Made by a program: the position numbers and the translations under genes. Under the pieces are notes generated by a model. The model made no database searches. It worked only from the letters and a program-made list of their open reading frames with translations, and was not told the DNA's origin. This document shows positions 9,640 through 18,088 of a DNA stretch of 32,000 bases, in pieces; within the stretch, counting starts at the first letter, position 1, and each line of letters starts with the position of its first letter. The stretch is taken from contig NZ_JACERN010000024.1 in NCBI RefSeq assembly GCF_013911085.1, positions 66,744 through 98,743 of the forward strand. The letters are read 5' to 3'. The stretch comes from Aquitalea aquatica (GTDB lineage Bacteria > Pseudomonadota > Gammaproteobacteria > Burkholderiales > Chromobacteriaceae).

Positions 9640-10490
9640 GCCTTGCTCTCCTGCTGTTGCTGGCAGTAATCGGTATCGGAGCAGACAAACATCCTGGCTC
9701 CGGCATCGTCGGTGATGATTTCATCCAGATAGCTGTCATGGCTGCCGCACAGGGCGCAGGCCTGCTCCCAGCGCTGTACGGTGAAGGGATGGTCTTCGAA
9801 CGCCAGGCTTTCCACCCGGGTATGGGGCGGAATGGCATATAGCCGCTTTTCCCGGCCGGCGCCAAACAGCAGCAGGGCCGGGCTCATGTGCAGCTTGGGG
9901 TTGTCGAATTTGGGAATGGGCGAGGGCGAGCTCAGGTAGCGCTGGTTGACCATTACCGGGTAGTCGTAGCTGGTGGCGATATGGCCGAAGCGGGCGATAT
10001 CTTCGTACAGCTTGACGTGCATCAGCCCGTATTCCTGATGGGCATGCAGCTTGCGGGTTTCCACCTCGCTGGCTTCCAGCGTGCGCAGCGCTTCCGGCTC
10101 CGGTACCTGGAACACCATGATCTGTCCAGGCCGCAGCGGGGTTTCCGGTATGCGGTGCCGGCTCTGGATCAGGCTGGCTGCCGCTGTGCTGCTGGTGGTG
10201 GCCACGCTGGTGACACGGGCGAAGAAACGGCGGATGTTGACGGCATTGGTGGTGTCATCCGCGCCCTGGTCGATCACCTTGAGCACGTCATCCTGGCCGA
10301 TGATGCTGGCGGTCAGCTGGATGCCACCGGTGCCCCAGCCATAGGGCAGCGGCATTTCCCGGCTGCCGAACGGCACCTGATAGCCGGGAATGGCCACCGC
10401 CTTGAGCAAGGCACGGCGCAGCATGCGCTTGGTGTTTTCATCGAGGAAAGCGAAATTGTATTGCCATTGGCTATGACAGGTTTCAGTCAT
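9636..10490 (-). CDS. phnJ: Alpha-D-ribose 1-methylphosphonate 5-phosphate C-P lyase PhnJ (radical SAM-dependent catalytic subunit)
   Basis: YNFAFLDENTKRMLRRALLKAVAIPGYQVPFGSREMPLPYGWGTGGIQ plus the C-terminal Cys cluster CALCGS...FVCSDTDYC. The match to PhnJ is very close. Confidence 0.96.
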   Translation of the reverse strand: MTETCHSQWQYNFAFLDENTKRMLRRALLKAVAIPGYQVPFGSREMPLPYGWGTGGIQLTASIIGQDDVLKVIDQGADDTTNAVNIRRFFARVTSVATTSSTAAASLIQSRHRIPETPLRPGQIMVFQVPEPEALRTLEASEVETRKLHAHQEYGLMHVKLYEDIARFGHIATSYDYPVMVNQRYLSSPSPIPKFDNPKLHMSPALLLFGAGREKRLYAIPPHTRVESLAFEDHPFTVQRWEQACALCGSHDSYLDEIITDDAGARMFVCSDTDYCQQQQESKA

Positions 10491-11580
10491 GGTTGGCCTC
10501 TTGCACAGCGGATGATGTGGCCTGGGCGCGCAGGGTGCGGATCAGCGACAGCTCGGCCTGGAAGTCGACGTAATGCGGCAGCTTGAGATGCTGGACAAAG
10601 CCGGAGGCTTCCACATTGTCGCTGTGATACAGCACGAACTCCTGCTGCTGCGCCGGGGCATGGGCCGCTTCGCCCAGTTCTTCGGCCCGCAGGCTGCGAT
10701 CCACCAGTGCCATGGCCATGGCCTTGCGTTCGGCTTCGCCAAAGCTCAGGCCATAACCACGGGTGAATTGCGGCGGGGCGGTTTTGCTGCCGGCAAACTG
10801 GTTGATCATCTGGCATTCGGTCAGGGTGATTTCGCCGATGTCGATGTCGAAACCCAATTCTTCCGGGCAAACGCTGACACTGACTTCACCCATGCGGATT
10901 TCACCGGCAAAGGGGTGGCTTTCGGCATAGCCGCGCTGGGTGGAGTAAGCCAGGCCCAGCAGCCAGCCCTCATCGGCACGCGCCAGGTTTTGCAGGCGGG
11001 TGGCACGGTCGGCCGGGAACATCAGCGGCTGGCGGGTGAGGTCGGCCGGTTCCGGGTCGCCGGGCAAGGGTTGCTCGGCCTCGATCAATCCTTCGGCGGC
11101 CAGTACTTCCAGCACGCTGGGCAGTGGCTGCGGCACGCCGCTGTCGGCCAGGGCGCAGGGCGGCACATCGCTGTTGTCGCCAAGAGAGAAATCCAGCAGG
11201 CGCTGGGTGTAATCGGCGGTGGGGCCAAGTATCTGGCCGCCCGGCACATCCTTGAAAGTGCCGGACACACGACGGCGTACCCGCATGGCAGCAGTATCCA
11301 GCGGCTTGCTGCTGGCAAAGCGTGGCAGGGTGGTACGGAAGGCGCGCAGCAGGAATACCGCTTCCACCGTGTCGCCGGCGGCCTGCTTCAGTGCCAGTGC
11401 AGCCAGTTCTTCGTCGTAGAGCGAGCCTTCCTGCATCACCCTGGCTACGGCCAGGCGCAACTGCTGGCGGATCTGCCCCAGGCTCAGTTCTGCCAGTGCG
11501 CTGTCGCCACGGCGTGCGGCGGCCAGCAAGTCCCAGGAGCGGGCAATGGCGGTTTCACCACCTTTTACGGCTACATACAT
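10483..11580 (-). CDS. phnI: C-P lyase core complex subunit PhnI
   Basis: MYVAVKGGETAI... N-terminus is characteristic of PhnI. 365 aa. Overlaps phnJ by 8 nt. Confidence 0.95.
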   Translation of the reverse strand: MYVAVKGGETAIARSWDLLAAARRGDSALAELSLGQIRQQLRLAVARVMQEGSLYDEELAALALKQAAGDTVEAVFLLRAFRTTLPRFASSKPLDTAAMRVRRRVSGTFKDVPGGQILGPTADYTQRLLDFSLGDNSDVPPCALADSGVPQPLPSVLEVLAAEGLIEAEQPLPGDPEPADLTRQPLMFPADRATRLQNLARADEGWLLGLAYSTQRGYAESHPFAGEIRMGEVSVSVCPEELGFDIDIGEITLTECQMINQFAGSKTAPPQFTRGYGLSFGEAERKAMAMALVDRSLRAEELGEAAHAPAQQQEFVLYHSDNVEASGFVQHLKLPHYVDFQAELSLIRTLRAQATSSAVQEANHD

Positions 11581-11581
11581 G

Positions 11582-12160
11582 TCAACCCTCCTGTACCACG
11601 GTGCTGCGGGGCAGGCCGGCCAGCTGGGTGGCGGAAATCAGCAGCACATCCACGCCCAGCGGAAAACGGGCATGGTTGGCCTGCCATTGCGTCCAGAATG
11701 CAGGCGGCAAGCCGGTTGCGCCAAAACGGCGCGGGCTGGCGAAACCGGGGCCGCTGGCTTCCACCTGTTGCGGGGTGAAATCTTCCACTTCCAGCAGGAT
11801 GGTGGTGGAGCGGTCCGGGTATTCCGGGCTGCCGGCGCGCAGGCTGGACAAGGGCGGCAGTGAGCTGCCGGCTGGCAGCAAAATGAAATCGGCCTGCTCT
11901 GGTGTATCTGCCAGGCGCAGCGCGCAATGAAAGCGCAGGCTGGCCAGGGTGGCGGCAGGCAGCGCTGGCGCCCACAGCGTCACATCCTGATCGATCAGGG
12001 TGTAGAGCAGGGCGCTGGTGGCCGGTTTGAGGCCGGGCAGTGCCGCAGGCAGGCAGGGCAGGGTAAGCGGCAGCAGTGGTTCGGCCAGTGCGGACAGGGT
12101 AGTGCGGAATACTTGCTGGCAGTCCTGCTCCATATTGTCGAAAGCTTGTTGCAGCATCAT
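11582..12160 (-). CDS. phnH: C-P lyase core complex subunit PhnH
   Basis: MMLQQAFDNMEQDCQQVFRTTLSALAEP...WQANHARFPLGVDVLL is PhnH-like. Start ATG 12160-12158 overlaps the phnG stop (ATGA). The tracked 234-aa ORF is over-extended. Confidence 0.9.
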   Translation of the reverse strand: MMLQQAFDNMEQDCQQVFRTTLSALAEPLLPLTLPCLPAALPGLKPATSALLYTLIDQDVTLWAPALPAATLASLRFHCALRLADTPEQADFILLPAGSSLPPLSSLRAGSPEYPDRSTTILLEVEDFTPQQVEASGPGFASPRRFGATGLPPAFWTQWQANHARFPLGVDVLLISATQLAGLPRSTVVQEG

Positions 12161-12597
12161 TCCCCCCGCACCATGGTAAAGAACTCGACCTTGCTGGCCG
12201 CCGCGGCACGAGCGCTCTGTTCGCGCCGCGCTGCCAGTTCCTGTTGCAGCGGCTGCAGCAACTGTGCCTGCAGTGGCGGGTAGCATTGCGGGTTTTGCAG
12301 CAGTGCATCGGCCTGGGCAATCAGCTCGGCATGCTCGTCATCGCTGCCGCGTACCCAGCCATGCCCCAGCCAGCCGGCGATCTGGCAGCTGGCGCGGGTG
12401 ACGCTGATTTCACCCAGATTGAAGCGGCTGCCGCTGCCACCGCTGCGGCCCTGCAACATCACCAGGCCGGTCTGGGCGCGCCGTAGCCAACTGATATCGC
12501 CAGCTGGTGGCAGATGCTGTTGCAGCAGTTCGGCCAGCCGCGATGCCGGGCTATGCGCCAGCAGGCTGAGCCAGTGTTGTCTTGTCGTGGTTTCCAT
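12157..12597 (-). CDS. phnG: C-P lyase core complex subunit PhnG
   Basis: METTTRQHWLSLLAHS...VEFFTMVRGE aligns end to end with E. coli PhnG as I recall it (..TATRQHWMSVLAHS...VDFFTMVRGD). Confidence 0.92.
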   Translation of the reverse strand: METTTRQHWLSLLAHSPASRLAELLQQHLPPAGDISWLRRAQTGLVMLQGRSGGSGSRFNLGEISVTRASCQIAGWLGHGWVRGSDDEHAELIAQADALLQNPQCYPPLQAQLLQPLQQELAARREQSARAAAASKVEFFTMVRGE

Positions 12598-12640
12598 GTG
12601 GGTGGTGAACCTGTGCTGGTTTCAAGAAAAATTCATATAA

Positions 12641-12650
12641 ACGTATAGAC
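12641..12650. promoter_or_regulatory. Candidate PhnF (HutC-subfamily GntR) operator in the phnG/phnF divergent promoter
   Basis: ACGTATAGAC contains GTATAGAC, which fits GT-N-TA-N-AC. The identical 10-mer recurs upstream of the phnS2-like gene (18089-18098, opposite strand). It overlaps a plausible plus-strand promoter TTCAAG(12621-12626)-N17-TATAGA(12644-12649). Confidence 0.5.
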
Positions 12651-12696
12651 GACTGCATGATAATAGCGGCAGTCGATAAGTGAACAGCACGTCAGC

Positions 12697-12713
12697 GTGA
12701 AGTTTTTGTGAAG
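12697..12713 (-). promoter_or_regulatory. Pho-box-like 11-bp-phased direct repeat (weak candidate)
   Basis: The minus strand reads CTTCAC-AAAAA-CTTCAC, so two TTCAC cores are spaced exactly 11 bp apart. A third TTCAC lies at 12680-12685. Its position relative to a -10 element is not canonical. Confidence 0.25.
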
Positions 12714-12757
12714 CTTGGATTGCGCCGCTAGACCACTGGCGGTGCCGGAGAAAAAAG

Positions 12758-13480
12758 ATGATTGAACGCGGTTCAGGGGTGGCGGTATGGCGTCAGATCG
12801 AAAACAGTCTGGCCGAGGAAATTGCCAGCGGCCAGTTGCAGGCCGGTGAGCAACTGCCTACCGAGCTGCAGCTGGCGGAGCGCTTTCGCGTCAACCGCCA
12901 TACCATACGGCGCGCCGTGGCCACACTGGTGGAGCGCGGTCTGCTGCGGGTGGAGCAGGGGCGCGGCACTTTCGTGCAGGACAATGCCATCGACTACGCC
13001 ATCAGCAAGCGCACGCGCTTTTCTCAGAATATGGCCAGACAGAATCGCAGCTCGGATATCGATGTCCTGGCCAGTGACAGCCTGGCGGCCAATGCCGAAC
13101 TGGCCGAGCTGCTGGGGGTGAATGTGGGCGAGCTGCTGTTCCGCATCAAGACGCTGAGCCGGGTGGAAAACCGGGTGGTCGATTACTCCACCATGTTCTT
13201 CCCGGCTGCACGCTTTCCCGATCTGCCGGCCATCTACCAGCAGCAGCGCTCGGTCACCCTCACCCTGCAGCACTTCGGCATCCAGGACTACACCCGGCGC
13301 TTTACCCGGGTAACCGCCCGCCTGCCGGACAGCGAGGTGGTGGACTATCTGGGCATTCCCAAGAATCGCCCGGTGCTGCATGTCAAATCGCTGAACGTCG
13401 ATCCCGACGGCCAGCCAGTGCAGTACGGCATCACCTGTTTCAATGGTGATCTGGTGCAGCTGGTAATGGAGGATCAGTGA
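12758..13480 (+). CDS. phnF: GntR/HutC-family phosphonate-metabolism transcriptional regulator PhnF
   Basis: N-terminal wHTH LPTELQLAERFRVNRHTIRRAVATLVERGLLRVEQGRGTFV plus a UTRA-like C-terminal domain. Divergent from phnG. GGAGAA RBS. Confidence 0.9.
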   Translation: MIERGSGVAVWRQIENSLAEEIASGQLQAGEQLPTELQLAERFRVNRHTIRRAVATLVERGLLRVEQGRGTFVQDNAIDYAISKRTRFSQNMARQNRSSDIDVLASDSLAANAELAELLGVNVGELLFRIKTLSRVENRVVDYSTMFFPAARFPDLPAIYQQQRSVTLTLQHFGIQDYTRRFTRVTARLPDSEVVDYLGIPKNRPVLHVKSLNVDPDGQPVQYGITCFNGDLVQLVMEDQ

Positions 13481-14166
13481 TGCGCTATGCCGTTTACCTG
13501 GCACCTTCCACCGACAGCCGCTGGTGGCAGGCGGGATGCAGCTGGCTGGGCCGCGATGCGGCGCTGGATGTGGCGGTGATGCAGCCAGCGCTCGCTGGCA
13601 TCAGTGCCGAACGCCTGGAGCTGCTAACCCGCACGCCAGCGCGCTATGGCTGGCATGCCACGCTGAAAGCGCCGTTTGCCCCTGCTGCGGGTAGCAGCGA
13701 AGCCATGCTGTTGCAGCAGCTGTCGCGACTGGCCCGACGTTTCCAGCCATTCAGCCTGCCGCTGCAGCCAGCCCTGCTGGGGGATTTTCTCGCCCTGCGT
13801 CCGTCTGCCCCCAGCGCCATGCTGGATGAACTGGCCAGCAGCTGTGTGGTGGCGCTGGATGGACTGGTCGACCGGCAGCAAGCACTGCGGCCACGGCCCG
13901 GCCTGAGCGAGCGTCAGCAGCAGTTACAGCAGCGCTGGGGCTATCCCTATGTGTTCGAGCAATACCGCTGCCACTTCACCCTGAGCGATACGCTGGCTGA
14001 TGCCACCGAAGCACAGCAGCTGTTGCAGGCGGCCGCGCACCATTTTGCCGGCCTGCCGCCACTGCTGGTGGACCGGCTGGCCTTGTTTGTCGAGCCGCAG
14101 CTGGCCAGCCCCCTGCGCTATCTGGCCAGCTGCAGCTTTGACGGAGAGCTGCAGCATGTCGCTTAA
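13480..14166 (+). CDS. DUF1045-type putative phosphonate-metabolism protein, 2H-phosphoesterase fold (candidate cyclic phosphodiesterase replacing PhnP)
   Basis: Two H-x-T motifs: WHATLKAPF (HAT codons 13654-13662) and CHFTLSD (HFT codons 13972-13980). The start overlaps the phnF stop (GTGATG; GTG 13477 or ATG 13480). The 3' end overlaps phnN by 11 nt. Confidence 0.8.
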   Translation: MRYAVYLAPSTDSRWWQAGCSWLGRDAALDVAVMQPALAGISAERLELLTRTPARYGWHATLKAPFAPAAGSSEAMLLQQLSRLARRFQPFSLPLQPALLGDFLALRPSAPSAMLDELASSCVVALDGLVDRQQALRPRPGLSERQQQLQQRWGYPYVFEQYRCHFTLSDTLADATEAQQLLQAAAHHFAGLPPLLVDRLALFVEPQLASPLRYLASCSFDGELQHVA

Positions 14167-14704
14167 GCCGGGACGGCTGTGGTATGTGATGGGGCCGTCG
14201 GCAGCGGGCAAGGACAGCGTGCTGGCCTATGTGCGGCAGCAGTTGCCGGCTGCCACTGGCGTGGTGTTTGCCCATCGCTATATCACGCGTGCGGCAGACG
14301 CCGGCGGCGAAAACCATATTGCGCTGAGTACTGAGGAATTTCGTCAACGGCAGGCCAGCGGCTGCTTTGCCCTGTGCTGGCAACGCAATGGCCTGGATTA
14401 TGCGCTGGGGGTGGAGGTGCAAAGCTGGCTGGCCAGTGGGCTGGATGTGGTGGTGAATGGTTCGCGTGCTACCTTGCCCCAGGCGCAGCTGGTGTTCCCC
14501 TCGCTACAACCGCTGTGGATTACCGCCAGTGCGGAAGTCAGGGCTGCCCGGCTGGCCGCTCGCGGTCGGGAGACCCCGCAGCAGATTGCCGCCCGCCTGC
14601 GCGAGGCCGATGCCTATCAGCCGCCGCCGGGCTGTATCGTGCTGCAGAATGATGGCGCGCTGGAGCAGGCCGCTGCCCGGCTACTGTCGCTGCTACTGGC
14701 CTGA
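14156..14704 (+). CDS. phnN: Ribose 1,5-bisphosphate phosphokinase PhnN
   Basis: MSLKPGRLWYVMGPSAAGKDSVL (P-loop), guanylate-kinase-like, about 182 aa. Start at ATG 14156. The tracked ORF start at 14000 lies inside the preceding gene. Confidence 0.9.
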   Translation: MSLKPGRLWYVMGPSAAGKDSVLAYVRQQLPAATGVVFAHRYITRAADAGGENHIALSTEEFRQRQASGCFALCWQRNGLDYALGVEVQSWLASGLDVVVNGSRATLPQAQLVFPSLQPLWITASAEVRAARLAARGRETPQQIAARLREADAYQPPPGCIVLQNDGALEQAAARLLSLLLA

Positions 14705-14717
14705 ACGCGGATGCAAT

Positions 14718-14757
14718 AAGGCCGGCCTGCGCCATGATTCTGGCGTGGGCCGGCCTT
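14718..14757. terminator. Long GC-rich hairpin between convergent phnN and ald (probable bidirectional terminator)
   Basis: aaggccggcc (14718-14727) pairs with ggccggcctt (14748-14757). Inner tgcgcca/tggcgtg pairing is imperfect. There is no strong T-run. Confidence 0.5.
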
Positions 14758-14783
14758 GTCTGCAGCGGGCAGTCTGACGGGAA

Positions 14784-15905
14784 TCAGGCGGTCTTGATGG
14801 CTTCCACCGGATCGACATAGTGGTAGCCCAGATCATCGGCCACCGCCTTGTAGGTGATCTTGCCGTGGCACACATTCAGGCCATTGCGCAGATGGGCATT
14901 GTCCAGCAGTGCCTGACGCCAGCCCTTGTTGGCCAGTTCCAGCGTGAAGGGCAGGGTGGCGTTGTTCAGCGCCTGGGTGGAGGTGCGGGCCACGCCACCC
15001 GGCATATTGGCCACGCAGTAGTGCACGATGCCATCCACCACATAGATCGGGTCCTGATGGGTGGTGGCGCGGCTGGTTTCGAAACAGCCGCCCTGATCGA
15101 TGGCCACATCCACCAGCACTGCACCCGGTTTCATATTGCCCAGCATGGCGCGGGTAACCAGCTTGGGTGCGGCAGCCCCCGGAATCAGCACCGCACCGAC
15201 CACCATGTCGGCTTCGCGGATGGACTCGTCGATATTGGCGGTATTGGACACCAGGGTCTTGATGCGGCCGCCAAACACCATGTCGATTTCCTTCAGGCGC
15301 GGTAGCGACTTGTCCAGAATGGTGACATCAGCACCCAGCCCGGCCGCCATGCGTGCCGCGTTCAGGCCCACCACGCCACCACCGATCACCACCACGCGGG
15401 CCGGAGCCACACCCGGCACACCGCCCAGCAGCACACCACGACCACCCTGGGCTTTTTCCAGTGCATGGGCGCCAGCCTGGATGGCCATGCGGCCGGCCAC
15501 TTCCGACATCGGGGCCAGCAAGGGCAGGCCGCCACGCTCGTCGGTCACGGTTTCGTAGGCAATGGCCACTGCGCCGGATTCGGTCAGCAGCTTGGTCTGC
15601 TCCGGGTCCGGTGCCAGATGCAGATAGGTAAACAGGATCTGGCCGGGGCGCAGCATGCGGCACTCTACCGGCTGTGGTTCTTTCACTTTCACCACCATCT
15701 CGGCCTTTGAAAATACTTCTTCTGCCGAAGAAGCTATCGAGGCCCCGGACTGGATGTACTGCTCGTCGGTAAAACCGATGGCCAGCCCGGCCTGGGTCTG
15801 CACCAGCACCTTGTGGCCATGCGCAACCAGCTCGCGCACGCCGGAAGGGGTGAGACCCACACGATACTCGTGGTTTTTGATTTCCTTTGGAACACCGATC
15901 AACAT
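14784..15905 (-). CDS. ald: Alanine dehydrogenase
   Basis: [40 protein letters not shown]... and the NAD-binding [28 protein letters not shown]. Full-length Ald family match. GGAGA RBS. Confidence 0.95.
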   Translation of the reverse strand: MLIGVPKEIKNHEYRVGLTPSGVRELVAHGHKVLVQTQAGLAIGFTDEQYIQSGASIASSAEEVFSKAEMVVKVKEPQPVECRMLRPGQILFTYLHLAPDPEQTKLLTESGAVAIAYETVTDERGGLPLLAPMSEVAGRMAIQAGAHALEKAQGGRGVLLGGVPGVAPARVVVIGGGVVGLNAARMAAGLGADVTILDKSLPRLKEIDMVFGGRIKTLVSNTANIDESIREADMVVGAVLIPGAAAPKLVTRAMLGNMKPGAVLVDVAIDQGGCFETSRATTHQDPIYVVDGIVHYCVANMPGGVARTSTQALNNATLPFTLELANKGWRQALLDNAHLRNGLNVCHGKITYKAVADDLGYHYVDPVEAIKTA

Positions 15906-16267
15906 TACCGTCTCCTTCTGTTATTGGATGGAAGCAACAGCAAACGTCTTGGGCAGGTAGCCGGGCGACCTGTTGGTGACAGGCGGCCTGCTCGGTCAAG
16001 CAGCAATGACAAGGCATGTCATCCGGACAGCGGTGCGCTGAAATTCTGCACATGCAATGGCGTGCTCAGTGGCAGGCCGGTGTCCGATCCCGTGGCGGGA
16101 TGATTTGTAGTATATGGAGGCGACGACAGGGGTATTCACTGTAGTTTTTCACTACAACAGTGTTATTTGTCGGATATTTCTGATTGCTAGTGAGAAAGTA
16201 TTGAAAATTCAGGACGGCTGAATTGGTTTGATCGTGGTCAAATAGTGGCGTGCTGATCACGCCGGCC

Positions 16268-17869
16268 CTAGTTGCGCATCAAGCAGTTGCCACCGGCATG
16301 TTTGGCCAGATACATCGCCTGATCGGCCTCTTGCAGCAGCGAGTCGGGCGTGCTGTCGGCGGTGGCCAGCGTCAGGCCGATGGAAATGCCCAGCTGGAAT
16401 TCCTCCGCGCCAATCCGCAGCGGCGGCTGCATGGCGGCCAGGCATTTTTCCGCCACGATGCGGGCGACTTCCCTGGCTTGTTCGTCCAGATCACACAGCA
16501 GCAGCACGAATTCGTCGCCACCGATGCGCGCCAGGGTATCGGTTTCGCGTAGCACCGCCAGCAATCTGCTGGTGACCATGCGCAGGGCCTCGTCGCCGGC
16601 ATCATGCCCCTGGCTGTCGTTGATATGTTTGAAACCATCCAGATCCATGAATAGCAGTGCCACATGCTTGCCGTGGCGGCGCGATTGCGCCAGTGCCAGT
16701 TTCAGCCGGTCGGCCAGCAGCAGGCGATTGGGTAGCCCGGTCAGGGTGTCGTGGTGGGCGATGCGTTCCAGCTGGGCCTGTTGTTCGTGCAGCTTGCGCA
16801 GCAGCCGGTTAAAGGCGGAGATGAAGTGGCCCACTTCGTCGTTGCGGCGGATGGCCAGCGGCACCAGCGGCAATTCGCCACGCGTCATGCGTTCGGCGTC
16901 GGCGGCGGCATGAAACAGCGGCCGCAACACGTAATACATGCAGGCCGATGCCAGCAGGGCAAACAAAATGGTGGCGACGATGGCTCCGCGAATGGCGAAG
17001 CTCTGCACATGGCCCACGGTGGCGAAGGCTTCGCTGCTGGACAGGCGCGCCACCACAAACCAGCCACTACTGGGCACCGAAACGATGGCGGCCACTTCTT
17101 CCTGTCCCATCGCATTGGTGGTGATGCCACTGCCGCGATAACCGGCCATGGCACGGTCATGCAGCGGATTGATGCCGGTGGCCGGCAGCTTTTGCATATT
17201 CATCTCTTTTTGCGAGGCAGCCACAAACAGGTTGTCGCGTGGAGAAACCAGCAAAAATCCGCCGCTATCATGGCCGATCGCGGTTTTTTGCAGCAGATCG
17301 AGAAAGCCGGGTGCTGCCAGCGGGGTAATGCCGGCCAGCACACCTACCACTTGCATGTCGCGATTGAAAACCGGCACCGCCATTGGCAATACCGGTATGC
17401 CCAGTGCATGGCCCACCACCGGGCGGCCAATATAGCTGTTGCCCTGCAAGGCAGCCCGTATGTAGTCGCGTTCGATATAACTGCGCTGCATGCGGCCGGG
17501 TGCTACCGGATAGTCGGCCACGGCCTTGCCATGCAGATCGGTCACGAACAGACCACCGGAAAACAGGTTCTGGTACTGGTAGCGCTGGCGCAGCCACTGG
17601 CGCAGCTGTTCCGGCTGTTGCAGCAATGGTTGCGGCAGGTCGCTGGCGAGGTGGGTCAGCAGGGTCTGGCGCTGGCTGATCTTGTCATCGATATCGCGCG
17701 CCACATAGGTAGCCAGTGCCAGCTGCTGGTCTTGTACCACCGTGCTGAGGTCCTGGCGCAGGAAATGGCTCAGCGCGTAGTAACGTACCAGTGAGCCGAT
17801 ACACACCAGACAGACGACCAGTATCAGCAAGCGGGTGATGATGCTGTCAAAGATGCGACGCAGGGTCAT
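16268..17869 (-). CDS. Membrane-bound diguanylate cyclase: TM - periplasmic Cache-like sensor - TM - HAMP - GGDEF
   Basis: The C-terminus has HDTLTGLPNR...RIGGDEF with an RxxD I-site (RETD) five residues upstream. About 290 aa lie between two TM segments (Cache-like). Start is set at ATG 17869 (MTLRRIFDSI...). Confidence 0.9.
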   Translation of the reverse strand: MTLRRIFDSIITRLLILVVCLVCIGSLVRYYALSHFLRQDLSTVVQDQQLALATYVARDIDDKISQRQTLLTHLASDLPQPLLQQPEQLRQWLRQRYQYQNLFSGGLFVTDLHGKAVADYPVAPGRMQRSYIERDYIRAALQGNSYIGRPVVGHALGIPVLPMAVPVFNRDMQVVGVLAGITPLAAPGFLDLLQKTAIGHDSGGFLLVSPRDNLFVAASQKEMNMQKLPATGINPLHDRAMAGYRGSGITTNAMGQEEVAAIVSVPSSGWFVVARLSSSEAFATVGHVQSFAIRGAIVATILFALLASACMYYVLRPLFHAAADAERMTRGELPLVPLAIRRNDEVGHFISAFNRLLRKLHEQQAQLERIAHHDTLTGLPNRLLLADRLKLALAQSRRHGKHVALLFMDLDGFKHINDSQGHDAGDEALRMVTSRLLAVLRETDTLARIGGDEFVLLLCDLDEQAREVARIVAEKCLAAMQPPLRIGAEEFQLGISIGLTLATADSTPDSLLQEADQAMYLAKHAGGNCLMRN

Positions 17870-18088
17870 TGGAGCCGTTTTAGGGTTCGTTGATTTTATG
17901 CTTGCAGTGTATACCGCAGGCATTGGCTGCTGCCAAGAAATTCGGCATTGCCATGCCGGGTGGGCTTGCTGCGGGAAAGGTCTAGCAGCGCAAGACAAGT
18001 TTCATGTCGGTTTAACTGCCTTGTCACTCAGACTGATCATGATGGCAGCCATTGACTGGCCGACCAGCCTTCTAGTGCCGGTAAATTT

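Noticed and set aside
16040-16070. Sigma54-like element GAGCACGCCATTGCAT (minus strand) upstream of ald.
   Set aside because: The -24 GG is replaced by AG, and the spacing between the CAC and TTGC blocks is one nt short of the TGGCAC-N5-TTGC consensus.
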